From assembly GCA_951406725.2 (NCBI GenBank), contig OX597814.1, forward strand, positions 87,172,001 to 87,236,000: a DNA stretch of 64,000 bases, written 5' to 3'. A program made the translations under genes and the position numbers. Within the stretch, counting starts at the first letter, position 1; every line of letters starts with the position of its first letter. Source of the stretch: Octopus vulgaris. Its lineage: Eukaryota. Positions 13,817 to 27,600 of the stretch are shown here, piece by piece. Below the pieces are notes generated by a model. It was not told the origin of the DNA, did not search any database, and saw only the letters and a list, made by a program, of their open reading frames with translations.

Positions 13817-13897
<81 letters not shown>

Positions 13898-14720
13898 GTT
13901 ATACATTTATATAGTTCAAATTTACAGAAAACAAAAGACAAAGAGAGGTGTAGGGACAACAAGCAAGTGTATTAGTATAATGTTTAGGAAGAATGGAAAA
14001 TTATTTTACATTTCAACAGAAAGGATTAAGAGGCAAAAAAGGTGACTGAAAAAAATGGAGAGAAAAAAATGTGTAGGGATTAATGGTTCAACATGATGAA
14101 ATTGCCAGAAGAAAGAGGCTGAATGAAAGGGAGATAATGATAGTGTCCCAGACAAACAAATTTGCTCTTGCGCATGCAAGAATAGTGTGTGTGTGTGTCT
14201 GTGTGTATCAATGGGGGTGAATGTGTGAGTATGTATGTGTGGGCAAGCTGAAAAATGTGTGGATCTGTGTATGTGTATGTGTGTAAGTGACCCACTGCGT
14301 ATATTATATGGAGTGATATGCATTACATGTACTGGTATGTATGTCTGGGTGCGTATTGACGTGTGTATGTATGTGTGCAAATGCATTGGCCTGGGTGAGT
14401 GTGTATGTATACAAGTAACCAAGTGTATGTATATATACTTATTTAAAATAAAATGATATTATGAAGGGAATATTAGAGATCAATTCTATGTTGTACTTGA
14501 ATGTATAAATCTTCTTGTTAATTTGTGTTTTAATTAATCTTTTATCATTGTTATTGTTTTTATAAAGGTATTGTGAACAATGCCAACATTGATTGGTATT
14601 TTCCTTGGCCCCGTGAAGCATTGTCATCTGTAGCTAGCGTGTTCATAGCTGCTGATGTGAGTATCTTCTAAATTGGTGTTATCTACCTCCTCCTCTTCCT
14701 TCTCCTCCTCCTCCTCCTCC

Positions 14721-14762
<42 letters not shown>

Positions 14763-15330
14763 CCATCACCACCACCGCCGCCGCCACCGCCGCCTCCGCC
14801 ACTGCCGCCGCCGCTGCCGCTGTCGCCACCACCACCACCACCTTCTTCTTCTTCTTCTTCTTCTTCTTCTTCTTCTTCTTCTTCTTCTTCTTCTTCTTCT
14901 TCTTCTTCTTCTTCTTCTTCTTCTTCTTCTTCTTCAGCATCAACATCATCATTACTCTGATCCTTCATGATTGTCATCATTCTCATAATCAGCAGCAACA
15001 ATCAACATCATCATCATGGTCATCATTTTGTTCATTATTGGGAAGATTTTATGCTATAATGGTTATTAGTCCAGACTCTCAATCCAGTAATCTGATTGCA
15101 AATCATGGTGGAACATTATAGAAGTGGTATTAGTGGTGGTGGTGGTGGTGGTGGTAGTAGTAGTAGTAGAAGTAGTAGTTATTGTAAATTTCATTGACAA
15201 CAGACAACAAAATTACATATTAGTACTTTATATATGATAGCAATAGTATTGTTTGTTTTTCTAAATAGGTAACCTAATTAGGCTTGGATAATGCTTAGAT
15301 AGTGTTGTCTAGTTTTGGGAGGTTCTGTGG

Positions 15331-15371
<41 letters not shown>

Positions 15372-16835
15372 TATTGTCTCCTTACCATGACATTATATGA
15401 TTGTTGTTAATGATTGTCACCATCATACAAGTGGTGCCCTTTGTTGCCAATCTCCAATGTCTAGGTATGGAAAAATATTACCTTGCTTGGAAATAGGTGA
15501 GGGTTGGTGACAAGAAGGGCATCCAGCTGTAGAAAATCTGTCTAAAAAATCTGTTTGAACCATGTAAGTATGGGAAAGTGGATGTTAAATGATGGGGATG
15601 ATGATGATGAGGAGGAGGATATACATAAGCCAAAAGTAAATAAGTAAATACATAAATATAAATAAATAAAATAAAATAAAACAAAAAAATGCACTGCACA
15701 TATTCTGTGCAGGAACATCTTTATATGAATAATGCAACAGAGATCCCAGACATTCAAAGCAAGTTGCTTGCTACACATGCTAAAACAACACTGAAAATGA
15801 TTTTTATAAAAATTATGAAAACAGATATTATATATTAGTAGTGATTGATATGCTAACAAGAAAACAGTGCTGGGCAATAGATAATCCTACTTCAATATAG
15901 TCAGTTGGTGTTAGAATTTGTTGCAAAATATTCCTCAAATCACTGTCTTAGGAAAAAAAGGAAAGGCACATTGGATCATGTTGTTTTGAATACACAATGC
16001 TTGAATAAAAGACAGGATAGTCATGGCAGGAATACTCTTTGATTATAGATTTACTCAGTCAGGACTTACCTGAGGCTAAACAATAATCGTAACAATGCTG
16101 TGTGTTTTTGATGATGATGATGATGATGGTGATGGTGATGGTGATGGTGATGATGATCGGAGCACTGGGCTCAATCCCATTGAAACTTCAAAACTTCTTA
16201 AGGCAACTGGAAGATTGATGTCTTGCAAAAAGCAGCCTTATTAGGCACAGCGCACATCTTAAGGAAAGTATTATCTGCCTGAGGTCTTTTTTGTGACTTG
16301 ACAGATGACTAAAGACTCCAGTGCTTTTTTAGAGCGAAGGATGAGGGGAAAATATAAAGACCGACATAAAGTGTTGGGGTATACATATACTGAAATGATT
16401 AAATAAATAAGTAAAAAATAATCTTTTCTACTAAAGGCACAAGACCTGAAATTTTGGGGAAAGGGGTAAGTCAACTACATTGACCCCAGTGTTCAACTGG
16501 TACTTAATTAATCAACCCTGAAAGGATGAAAGGTAAAGTTGACCTTGTGGAATTTGAACTCAGAACATGCAGACAGACAAAAAGCTGCTAAGCATTTCGC
16601 CCAACATGCTAACGAGTCTGTCAGCTCACTGGCACAACAATAATAATAATAATAAAGATTTGAACAGATGAATAGAGGAAATAGGCATAAAACCCAGTTT
16701 AGTACAGCTCCAGAAAACAGTGTTATTAGGGACAACTAGGGTACTGAGAAGGGTTCTTGACATATAAGGTTACTTGTAGCCCGATGTTAGGAAATTTTCT
16801 TTTCCAACAGTCTAATCTGTTGAGCATATATGAAA

Positions 16836-16919
<84 letters not shown>

Positions 16920-17424
16920 TACAATCACTACCACCACCACCACCACCACCACTTATAATAATAGTTATAATAATGATGAAGATGATGATGATGATAACAA
17001 GCATATTCTGGGATATGCCAATACACATAGATAGAGAAATAAAGGCCAATAGGCCAGATATAGTTGTCAGAGATCACCAAGAAAAAAAAATGCTTTCCAA
17101 TAGATGTCTCAATACCAATAGATAACAATGTTTTTCTAAAAGGAATGGAGAAACTTTCAAAATACAAAGATCTGGAAATAGAGGTAACTCGTATGTGGAG
17201 CCTAAAACAAAAACAATTGCATCATAGTAGGTGCATTAGGTATGATAAAAAATATTCAGGCAAATACATAACAAAAACACTAGAACTAACAAATATATAT
17301 AACATACGTAAAACACTTTCAATATAGTAAAAATAAGAGTACCACAACAAACCACAGCACATACCCAAGGCACACAATGCTGCACTTGGTAGTTCAGTGA
17401 AAGCACATGATAAAAATAAGACTA

Positions 17425-17459
<35 letters not shown>

Positions 17460-20400
17460 TAATAATAATAATAATAATAATAAGAGAGAAATATGGTCGG
17501 CGAACGAACCACCAAAAAAAAGGAGTATCAAAATAACAAACTTGGCATCTGAACAACTTTGGACCCCCATAACAACTGAAGAGGTCACCCAGGCACTGCA
17601 AAGACTAAGCAACTGGAAGGCACCTGGGCATGACAAGATCCCCAACTTCTGGTTGAAATATCTAACAGGAATGCACAAAAAGCTGGCTGAAAACTTTAAC
17701 AACGTACTAGCAGAACCAGAGACAATGCCTGAATGGCTCACGAAGGGGAAAACCATCTTAATTCCCAAATCAAATGAAACAGAAAAACCAGAAAACTACA
17801 GACCAATAACCTGCCTCCCTACTATGTTCAAGGCATTTACTGCAGTGATATCACAAAGGCTGAACAAGCACCTGGACGAAAACAAACTGTTCCCAGAAGA
17901 GCAGAAAGGATGCCGCAAAGGCTCATATGGCTGTAAAGATCAACTAATGATTAATAAAGCCATAACTGAAGACAGCCACAGAAAGAAGAAAGGCCTCAGT
18001 ATGGCCTGGATTGACTACAAAAAGGCGTTTGATAGCATCCCCCACACATGGATCCTCGAAACACTAGCCATTAACAAAGTAGCACCAACAATCATAAAAT
18101 TCATAGAGCACTCTATGAATAAATGGCAAACAGTCCTACACCTCCAAACAAAAGAGGGACTCATGAAAACCAAAGACATCCCCATTAGAAGAGGAATATT
18201 CCAGGGAGACACGCTCTCTCCACTCCTTTTCTGCTTGGCACTGTCACCTCTATCTGATATGCTAAATAGAACTGGATGCGGATATAAATGTTACGGCAAA
18301 ACGATCAGCCACCTTTTATATATGGATGACCTAAAACTATACGCTGCAAATGACAAACAGCTGGAAACACTATTAAAGACAGTTCATGGATTTACCAAAG
18401 AAATAGATAAGAAATTTGGATTAGAAAAATGCGCCAAAGTAACCATGAAAAGAGGAAAACTAGTTAAGAGTAACAACATCACACTAGATAAAACCAATGA
18501 AATAAAAGAATTAGACCAAAGCCAAACTTACAAATACTTAGGAATCCATGAACTAGATAAGACACAACACACACAAATGAAAGAGAAAATAAAAAAAGAA
18601 TATTATAGACGAGTTAGATCAATACTAAACACAGAGCTCAATGCTAAAAACAAGATAATAGGTATCAACACTTTAGCTGTCCCAGTTATAAGTTACAGCT
18701 ACAATATCCTTAACTGGACACGAAATGAACTGACCAAAATAGATAGGAAAACAAGAAAAATAATGACAGGATCTAGGATGCATCACCCAAAATCTGACAT
18801 AGAAAGACTATATATACAACGTATAGAAGGTGGTAGAGGCCTTATACAGCTGGAAAACTACTATAAAATAACCACCATAGGACTGCAAAAATATCTACTT
18901 CAGAAGGAAGGAAAACTGATCCAGATAGCGGCAAAACACGAGCAAAACAAAAAACTGTTCTCAGTATTTAAGGAAGCTGACAAATACAAACAAGAAATCA
19001 TACCACCTAATAAACATGAAGAAGAAGAAGAAGATGAAGAAACAACAAAAGCTATAAAACAAATGAAATCCAAACTAAAAATAGAACAGCAACGAACCAT
19101 GATAAAACGAGGGCAAGAAAAGCCCCTTCATGGTAAATACTGGACTAAACTAAACGCAAAAGAAATAGACAAAGAAAAATCCCAGCAATGGTTGAGAAGC
19201 TCAGGACTCAAAGCAGAAACAGAGGGATTTTTAATTGCAGCACAAGACCAAAGCCTCCCCACCAGAAATTACCAAAAACATGTAATGAAAAGAAATATTA
19301 CAAGTAACTGCAGAATATGTGGAGATGGACAAGAAACAATAAATCATATTATCTCTAGCTACCCAGTCCTGGCTAAGAAGGAATATATTCACAGACATGA
19401 CAGAGTTGGAACCTACATACATTGGAAGCTATGCCAACATTATGGAATAACAACAGAAAAAAGATGGTATAGGCACACACCAGAAAAGGTCACAGAAAAC
19501 GAGAAAGCAACCATACTCTGGGATATGCCGATACACACAGATAGAGAAATTAAGGCCAACAGACCAGATATAGTTGTCAGAGATCATGAAGAAAAAAATG
19601 CTTTCTAATTGATGTATCAATACTGGCTGATGACAACGTGTCTCTAAAAGAAATGGAGAAACTCTCAAAATACAAAGACCTGGAAATAAAGGTAACTAGA
19701 ATGTGGAATCTGAAAACAGAAACAATTCCTATCATAGTAGGTGCATTAGGCATGATAAAAAAATATTCAGACAAATACATAACAAAAACACCAGGACTTA
19801 CAAACACATATAACATACAGAAAATTGCACTACTAGGCACTGCACACATCCTACGCAGAACACTTTCCATACAATAACCATCAGAGCATCACAACAAATC
19901 ACAGCACATACCCAAGGCACACAGAGCTGTGCTCGGTAGTGAAATGAAAGCACGCTATAAAAATAAAACTACTGAATAATAATAATAATAATAATGGTTT
20001 CAAATTTTTCCACAAGGGCAGCAGTTTTGGGGGAGGGGATGAGTCGATTACATCGATCCCGATATTCAACTGATACTTATTTTATTGACCCTGAAAGGAT
20101 GTAAGACGAAGTCGACCTTGGCAGAATTTGAACTCAGAATGTAGTGACAAGCATTCTGAGTTCAAATTCGACCATGGTTTCAAATTTTAGTGTAAAGCCA
20201 ATAATTTTAGGGGCAGGTGTTAAGCCCCTAATATATTGACCACTTTTCTATGCTAGCATAGGTCAGATGGAACTTGCTGAGGCAGATTTTCTATGGCTGG
20301 GTGCCCTTCCTATCACCAACTTTGAACTGCTTCTAAGCAAGGTAATATTTTATCATAGTGAGACATGTACCTGCAGAATACTGGAAATGAATGATACCGT

Positions 20401-21337
20401 TTGTATGACAGTGACACTCATTTACAACAATAGAAAAATGTCAGGACAAGGAGACACCAAGTCTCTCTCTCTCTCTCTCACACACACATACATACATAAT
20501 GAGCTTCTTTCTATCTCCATCTACCAAATCTACTTTCAAGACATTGGTTAGCCTGGGGCCATGGTTGAAAGCACTTGCTCAAAGTTCCATGCAGTGGGAC
20601 TGAACCTGGAACCAAGTTGTTGGGAAGCAATCTTCTTAATCACACAATCATGCCTGCATCAATTAAAAAAAAAACACAGTTGGAGAAAGCAGCAAATAGT
20701 GCAAATATCAGGAAGCAATAAGTCATACATTATTAAGTTATCAAGTCTTGACTTATATGATCTCCTTATACTTTTTATATTCACTGAGTAATTTCTAAAT
20801 ATTTCCTAATCAAGCCAAATAAAATCTGGTTCAAATTTTCACTGAAAATTGTAATTAAAGGTGACCAATTCATAATATGACACTGTCTTTCTATCCTTCA
20901 GAATAAATTAATACCATCTGAACACCGTATGAATATCATTGAACATTTTGTGATGGTACATAAAATTGTCGGAGAATTTAGTCAGCAATTCATTTTGCGT
21001 TTGCGTCGTAACAATTATGTTACCCCTAAAAACTATTTGGACTTTATCTCAACTTATCTGAAACTATTAAAGGAAAAGGACCAGTTTATTAAGGGTCAGG
21101 TAAGAAAATATTTACTAATTTGAAGACTCTTATTTTCTTTCAAAGTTTCAAAGATTCTTTCTCTATGTTTCAACTTAGCAGGCTAAAACTTCAAAGTTAC
21201 TGTCAACAACATTCTTGTGCTCAATAAAAAAGATAAAACAAAATTAAAAAATCATGTATAAGAATAATATATGTATGTGTGTATGTGTGTGTGTGTGTGT
21301 GTATGTGTGTGTAAGTGAGTGTGTGTGCGTGTGCCTG

Positions 21338-21370
<33 letters not shown>

Positions 21371-21610
21371 CATCAGTATCATCATTTAGCATCTGCTTTC
21401 CTTGCTGGCATGGGTTAGACAGTTTGACTGAAACTGGTAAGCTGGAGAATTGTTCCAAATTCTGGTCTGATTTGGCATGGTTTCTATGGCTGGATGCCCT
21501 TCCTAATACCAACCACTTCAACAGTGTAATGGGTGCTTTTACATGCCACCAGCACAGGTGCCAGTTACATGACACCAGCATTGACTACAACTACAATTTC
21601 ACTTGACTTG

Positions 21611-21661
<51 letters not shown>

Positions 21662-24589
21662 TGAGTATTGTAGTTCACTTGAAGCATTGTGTATTGTTTG
21701 TGAATTATAACGTGTCTTGAATGGCACAACAATGCAGCGTGGACTATAATAACTTATAATTTTATTATCCATAGTCTGATAAAATAATATTTCAGAATAT
21801 AAAAATTCCTTGTTCAGATGTCGCTAGGAATTGATTGAGTCACTGCTATAATCAGTTTTCCAACGATTACTGAAATTTTATTTTTCTGGAAGCGTCTCTT
21901 CAGTGATCTCATGAATCTCCTTCCAGAATTCCTCATGAGAAGTGCGTGAGGCTGGACATGTCTCAAGCTCGTGTGTTGGTACATCTATAGCACTGCTTTT
22001 AAGTTATGTATTATATGTGCAGTTTCTTTTTTTCTTTTTCTTTTATAATACATGAGCATGTTATCAAAAGTGAACCTATACACATCTAGATGTGGCTAAA
22101 TAATATATTGATTGCCAACCTCCAGCCTGTTGTTAATTTGGGGCCCTAGTCTATCTATGAAGATAGCTTCCTTAATTCTTAGATTACCCAAATTTCTTTC
22201 ATTGGCCTCATTTGTGACTGTTATGCATTTCTCAGTGTTCTGGCATCTGTCTAGATGTTTTCTGAAGGAGGAGGCTCTCATGTTCAGATGTTCTTTGATG
22301 TGAATGTGTAACGGTCTTGTTGTGCTACCCACATAGAACTTGTTATATTGTATTCTATACACAACATACCCGTTGGCATAAATCTGTGTCACGGATGGGG
22401 CAGTTAACTAGCATGCATTGATTGCTGACCCTTGCTTATTTCTTTGCAAGGTGTCTTCTCATAAAATTAACTTTCATTTCAATGCTATGTTGAAATCAGC
22501 TTCAATGTTTTATAACCTGAACCATCAGTCACCCAACAGGTCACGGGCAGTCTAGTATGTAATAAAAGTGATTAATTAATTTTTAAAAATTATAAAAATA
22601 CAAAAAAAGTGAAATCAATCTGGAAATTTTGAAATGAAAAGTAGATAGTATTGTCATAAGTGCATAGGATATTTTAATGAATTTGTACATTGTCATCTGA
22701 ATCATAATAAAAGAAAGTTGATTGAGTTCTTGGAGTAGAGAAGATTTTTGCCTTTTAAACAATAACATAAATTATGTGCATGATGGATAGAGTTTTAAAA
22801 TAAATTCCTTGTCTCTATATTGTAGTGTGAACGTCTGGCAGGAGGTTTACTGAAAATTAAAGAAGCCAGGGAACAACTTGATGTTTTAAATAAAAAACTT
22901 GTAGTTCAGAAAAGTGCTGTGAAAGAAAAAACAGATGCCTGTGAGATTCTGTTACAAGATATTTCTGAACGGACAGCTATAGCTAATGAGAAGAAACAGA
23001 TGGCTGTGGCTAAAGCGAAGGATATTGAAGAACAGAGTGCTATTATTGCAATTGAGAAGGTTTGGGATATATTGTTAATAACTTTCACATCCATCAATCC
23101 ATCTCTCCATCCTCATCCATTCTTTGTTTTACTTGTTTCAGTCATTAGACTGCGGCTGTGCTGGGGCACTGTCTTGAAGGGATTAATTGAACAAATCAAA
23201 CCCAATACTTATTTCTCTTTTTTTAAGTGTTATACTTATTCTGTCAGTCTCTTTTGTAGAACTACTCTCTGATAGGGATGTAAATAAACCAACACCGGTT
23301 ATAAGGTGGCGATAGGGGATACAAATACAGACACAATGAGATAGACATGTGTGCACATGCACACACGCACACACACATGTTCACACACACAATCGGCTTC
23401 CATACAGTTTCCATTCATAAGGCTTTGGTTGGCCCGAGCCTATAGTAGAAGACAGTTGCCTAAGGTGCTACACAGGGGGACTGAACCCAAAACCATGTGG
23501 CTTCAAAGTGAGTTAAGAAAACCACCACCCTTGTTTACCATTCTAACATGAAGTTTTACTTTAGTGGGTTTTACAGATTTGCTAAACATCAGGGCTGATT
23601 CCATCACAGACTGATAGAACATGCTACTGGTAACTATGTAATGCAGGACTAATCATTCCTGATCAAGAAGTTGGCAACAGAACTGAATTCCCTACTGGAT
23701 TTTCCCAATGAGAAGAGTGTGAGGGCACTCAGTGTGATTAAAAATAGAAATTCTATCAAAGGTAGATGGGCTCTTTGAGAGCTAATGGCATTCATATCCT
23801 GAGCAGGAAATAGGTGCCATCAGGACATTCAGTGAGACACAGGAATGGCAGTTAAACCAATATGTAATCTCAAACTAGATCAGGGAATTGGAAAGTATTG
23901 GCAAAAGAATTCAAGTGCCCTTATTGTAGAAGTTCTAAAGGAATGATTTGACCTAATTTGAGACCTAATGCTTTTATGTCTACTGTAGCAACTTACTTTG
24001 ATTACAGGTAAGTTCACTGCTGTCAATTCACCTTGAAGAAACTTCACCATGAGGAAAGTTTACTGAGAAAATATATCCATAGTATCTCACCATTAATAGT
24101 TAAAAACTATTTTATTGAAAAAAAAAACAACAACCATGCATTGATGACAGTGAACTACCCTTGTTGTGAATTGATGATGGTGAACTTACCAGACATGACT
24201 TACTTTAGATGTTTTGGTCTATCTTTGTTCTACTATCAACTCAATTACCTGGTCACTTGTTCATGCAAATCCAGTCAGACAAAATAGAAACAAAACATAC
24301 TACATTAGCAGCAGTATTGATAACTTGAAAAACTGTGTTGAGATGCACATCTGAAACAAGTGCTGACTTTGGTACTCCAGAAAAATTTACTGTGGTCACT
24401 GTCAGAAGCTATAGACATACATAGACAGACTAAACAATAAAGAAAATACGTGGTTAGATTATTATCTCATACTGCTAACCATTCAGAAAACTTATCAGCT
24501 AGAAATAATAGCCAAGTCTCTCTCAAATACTCACTTGTCTTTAAAAAGAAAATATTAGATAAATAGTTTTAGGTACCCTAAGTTTTTTG

Positions 24590-24666
<77 letters not shown>

Positions 24667-27600
24667 TTATAGCTGGTATGTCCTTGATCATAGGTATTCT
24701 CCTCAATCAGCAACTGTCACTAACCAACAACAACAGCAACACACATGCAGTAAATAACTACATGTCTGAATATGCAGTATAGTCCTCATCCAGATGGGGC
24801 ATTGAATATCTGGAGTGATGAATCTTATGAGTTACTCTCCGGTAAATGTTTAGGTGCCAATGTGTTAAAGGTCCGCTCAAAGAAGGGTGACAGGAATTAA
24901 GCAACATGTCTATTTTCAGTTGTGTTATCATGACACCAAAGTCGATTAAAGAAACATCTGTTTGTGTGTATATGTATCTGCATCCAAGTATATTTGTATA
25001 ACTGTGTGTGTGCATGTGTGTGTGTATGTGTGTGTGCATGAATATTTTGGTGTCAGTGTATGTATGAGTCTTTCAGTGTGCAGACATGTATAAGTAAACA
25101 TATATGTGTGTATTTGTATGTGAGTTTATGAGTGTGTGTGCATTTATGTGTGAATGCATATGCGTTTGTATGTGTATAGTATATGTCTGTCTCCTATGAG
25201 AGGAATAAACACCGAAACTTTACATGTCGCTCACATGTTTATTTTGCTGCTAGTCATTATAACATTGTTTTCTGTTATGTTTTTCTTTAGGGAGAGGCAG
25301 AAGAGGCATTGAATGAAGCCCTGCCAGCACTTGAGGCTGCCCGACTGGCTCTTGATGATTTAGAAAAATCAGATGTGACAGAAATCAGGTCAGGATATTA
25401 TCATATTCAAAATAGGCTGTATTGCTTTGCATCCTCCTGATAATCATGGTCATGATCATCACCATCATCATCATCACTGCCATTGCCGTGCCATCATTGT
25501 CACCACCGCCACCGCTGCCACTGCCACCACCACCATCTCCCGCTGAATATCTCCTGGAATAGACATTCCAGTTGGTTCTCAATGATGCCCGAGAACATTG
25601 CCATTCTCGCCTACTGCTAGTCCTCTTAACCCTTTTGCTACCATATTTCTGCTGGAATATACTGCCTTTGTTTCAATTCATTTTGAAAATAATGAAGAAT
25701 TTATTTAAATGATTTTGTCATTATTAAGCAGGTGTTTGGAACAAATCATGAAACGTTGATGGCAGGTTTTAATTTCACTCAATTTAAAATAGGAAATTCA
25801 TATCATAGACCCAAGGAAAGACTTAGTTGTGTGGTATCAAAAGGGTGTGAAAGTGTATGGCTCAGTGGTAAGGGTATTCGGCTTAGAATTATAAGTTATA
25901 AGGTTGGGAGTTCATTTCCCAGTGACACAAGACACTTTATTTCATGTTGCTCCAGTCCACTCAGCTGGCAAAAAATCAGTTGTACCTCTATTTCAAAGGG
26001 CCAGCCTTGTCACACTTGTGTCACACTGAATCTTCTTGAGAACTACGTTAAGGGTACATGTGTTTGTGGAGTGCTCAGCCACTTGAATGTTAATTTCATG
26101 AGTAGGCTGTTCTGTTGATTGGATCAACTCTGTCAGCATTGTAACTGACAGAGTGCTTATATCAAAATGGTTAAGAATGCTAATGTGGAAGTACCATTCC
26201 AGATACTAGGCTCCCAGTCTTGGTCTTCACTTGAATCTGAACTGTAGAAAACAATGACTGACGAAAGGCAACCAAACCTTCTCATGATCAGGGTATCTTT
26301 GTGGATACTGCAGGTTCATCACATGTCTGTGCATCATCAGTCCATCAGTCAATGCATACTGAGCCATCTGCACAGAGGGTGTTGACAGCAGATGGACTGC
26401 CTGGCTAATGGAACACATCACAAAAAAAAATCAAACACCCCGAGACCAGATGAGAACCAGGCAGTGAAATATGATGGAAGTGATGTACACATTTGCCACT
26501 TCTGCTTGACTTTTCTTGGATGGCTTCTTTTCAGTTCATTTCTGAGTGAGATCAGCCACCCTGCTCATAATATAATACCAGTTTCTATTCACCTAAACTG
26601 TATGTACCCCACAACACTATCTGATGTTGTAGAATTGCCTCCTAAGATATTGAGCTCTAAGCCCACTGATCTGTCTCAGTTAATTTTTGTTCCTTTCTCT
26701 TCGTATTTCTTTAGACTGGTGCTGAGCATGTTGACTTCCATGGTGTTCAGTATTATTAAGATAATGGCATCTGTATATGCTATATAGCTTTCCCATGTCC
26801 CAGTTCAAATGAGATACTCTTCAACATTTCCAGTTTCTGCAGTAGAGGGTCAGTACATACAAAAGTTATGAAAGAAGACATTCTTCAGGGAGTGAACACA
26901 TAATTCAAAATGATTTTTATAGGTAATCATTTAATTTATCTAGTGCTAGATTAACCATTAATCAAAATAAGCATGTGCTTAGGGCATCAAGAGAAGTGGA
27001 GCACCGGAGAAATGGTAAATGGTTTATGGCACAAAAGAAATAACTTCAAGCTGGTTGGAATAATAATATTTGAAGTGGTTTATATGATAGAAAATATAAT
27101 TTTGAGGTGTTTATGGTGTCATAGTGATGTCATATAAAATCAACCAATTGTATACAAAATAGGTGGAGTTTATGATTTATTCATGTGTTGCTATTTCTCT
27201 CTCCCACTGTTTATGTATATATATGGTAAAATTGCCTAAAGTGCTTGTCTTTATTTTGGTTAACATGCAGTTTACCTTCATAGAATAGTAAAAGTAAAAT
27301 GTCTAGAAAAATGAAAGTATATTGTGACAGAAAACAAAGTGATGAGAGTGACATCTCATAATTTATAAAATAATTGTAGAAGACAATAATATTGAATGTG
27401 ACTTTCCAAATATAGACTTTCCAAATATAGGCAGTTATGCAGCAAGTATAGAAGCAAATGTATTATGTAAAATTAATTTTGAGGATCTGATCAAAGACTT
27501 AACAATTAAAAAAGGAGGAGAAAATTTTTCAAATATAAATAAAGTGGTAGTATACAAAAATAAGCATTATTTCCCATCTGACTGTTAGTTTTGTTTCATT

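Noticed and set aside
14624-15001. Poly-E/G/D, poly-S/P and poly-K ORFs
   Set aside because: Translations of a compound triplet microsatellite; no splice or homology support.
17407-17483. N-terminus MIKIRLL-polyN of the 733-aa ORF
   Set aside because: Read-through from the 3' end of the preceding element and its (AAT)n tail; the real element is 5'-truncated at about 17484.
19588-19608. Programmed ribosomal frameshift at the A-run of the Dong-like ORF
   Set aside because: Sister copies have A7 and A9 while A8 restores the frame; simple slippage or sequencing error explains it.
21835-21912. Minus-strand hammerhead (CTGAAGA...GAAA) downstream of the GIY-YIG relic
   Set aside because: The context is suggestive, but the stem II/GAAA spacing is wrong and there is no valid UH cleavage site; at most a decayed relic.
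22525-22556. Helitron 3' end (..gggcagtCTAGt)
   Set aside because: The hairpin is weak and I found no matching 5' TC terminus.
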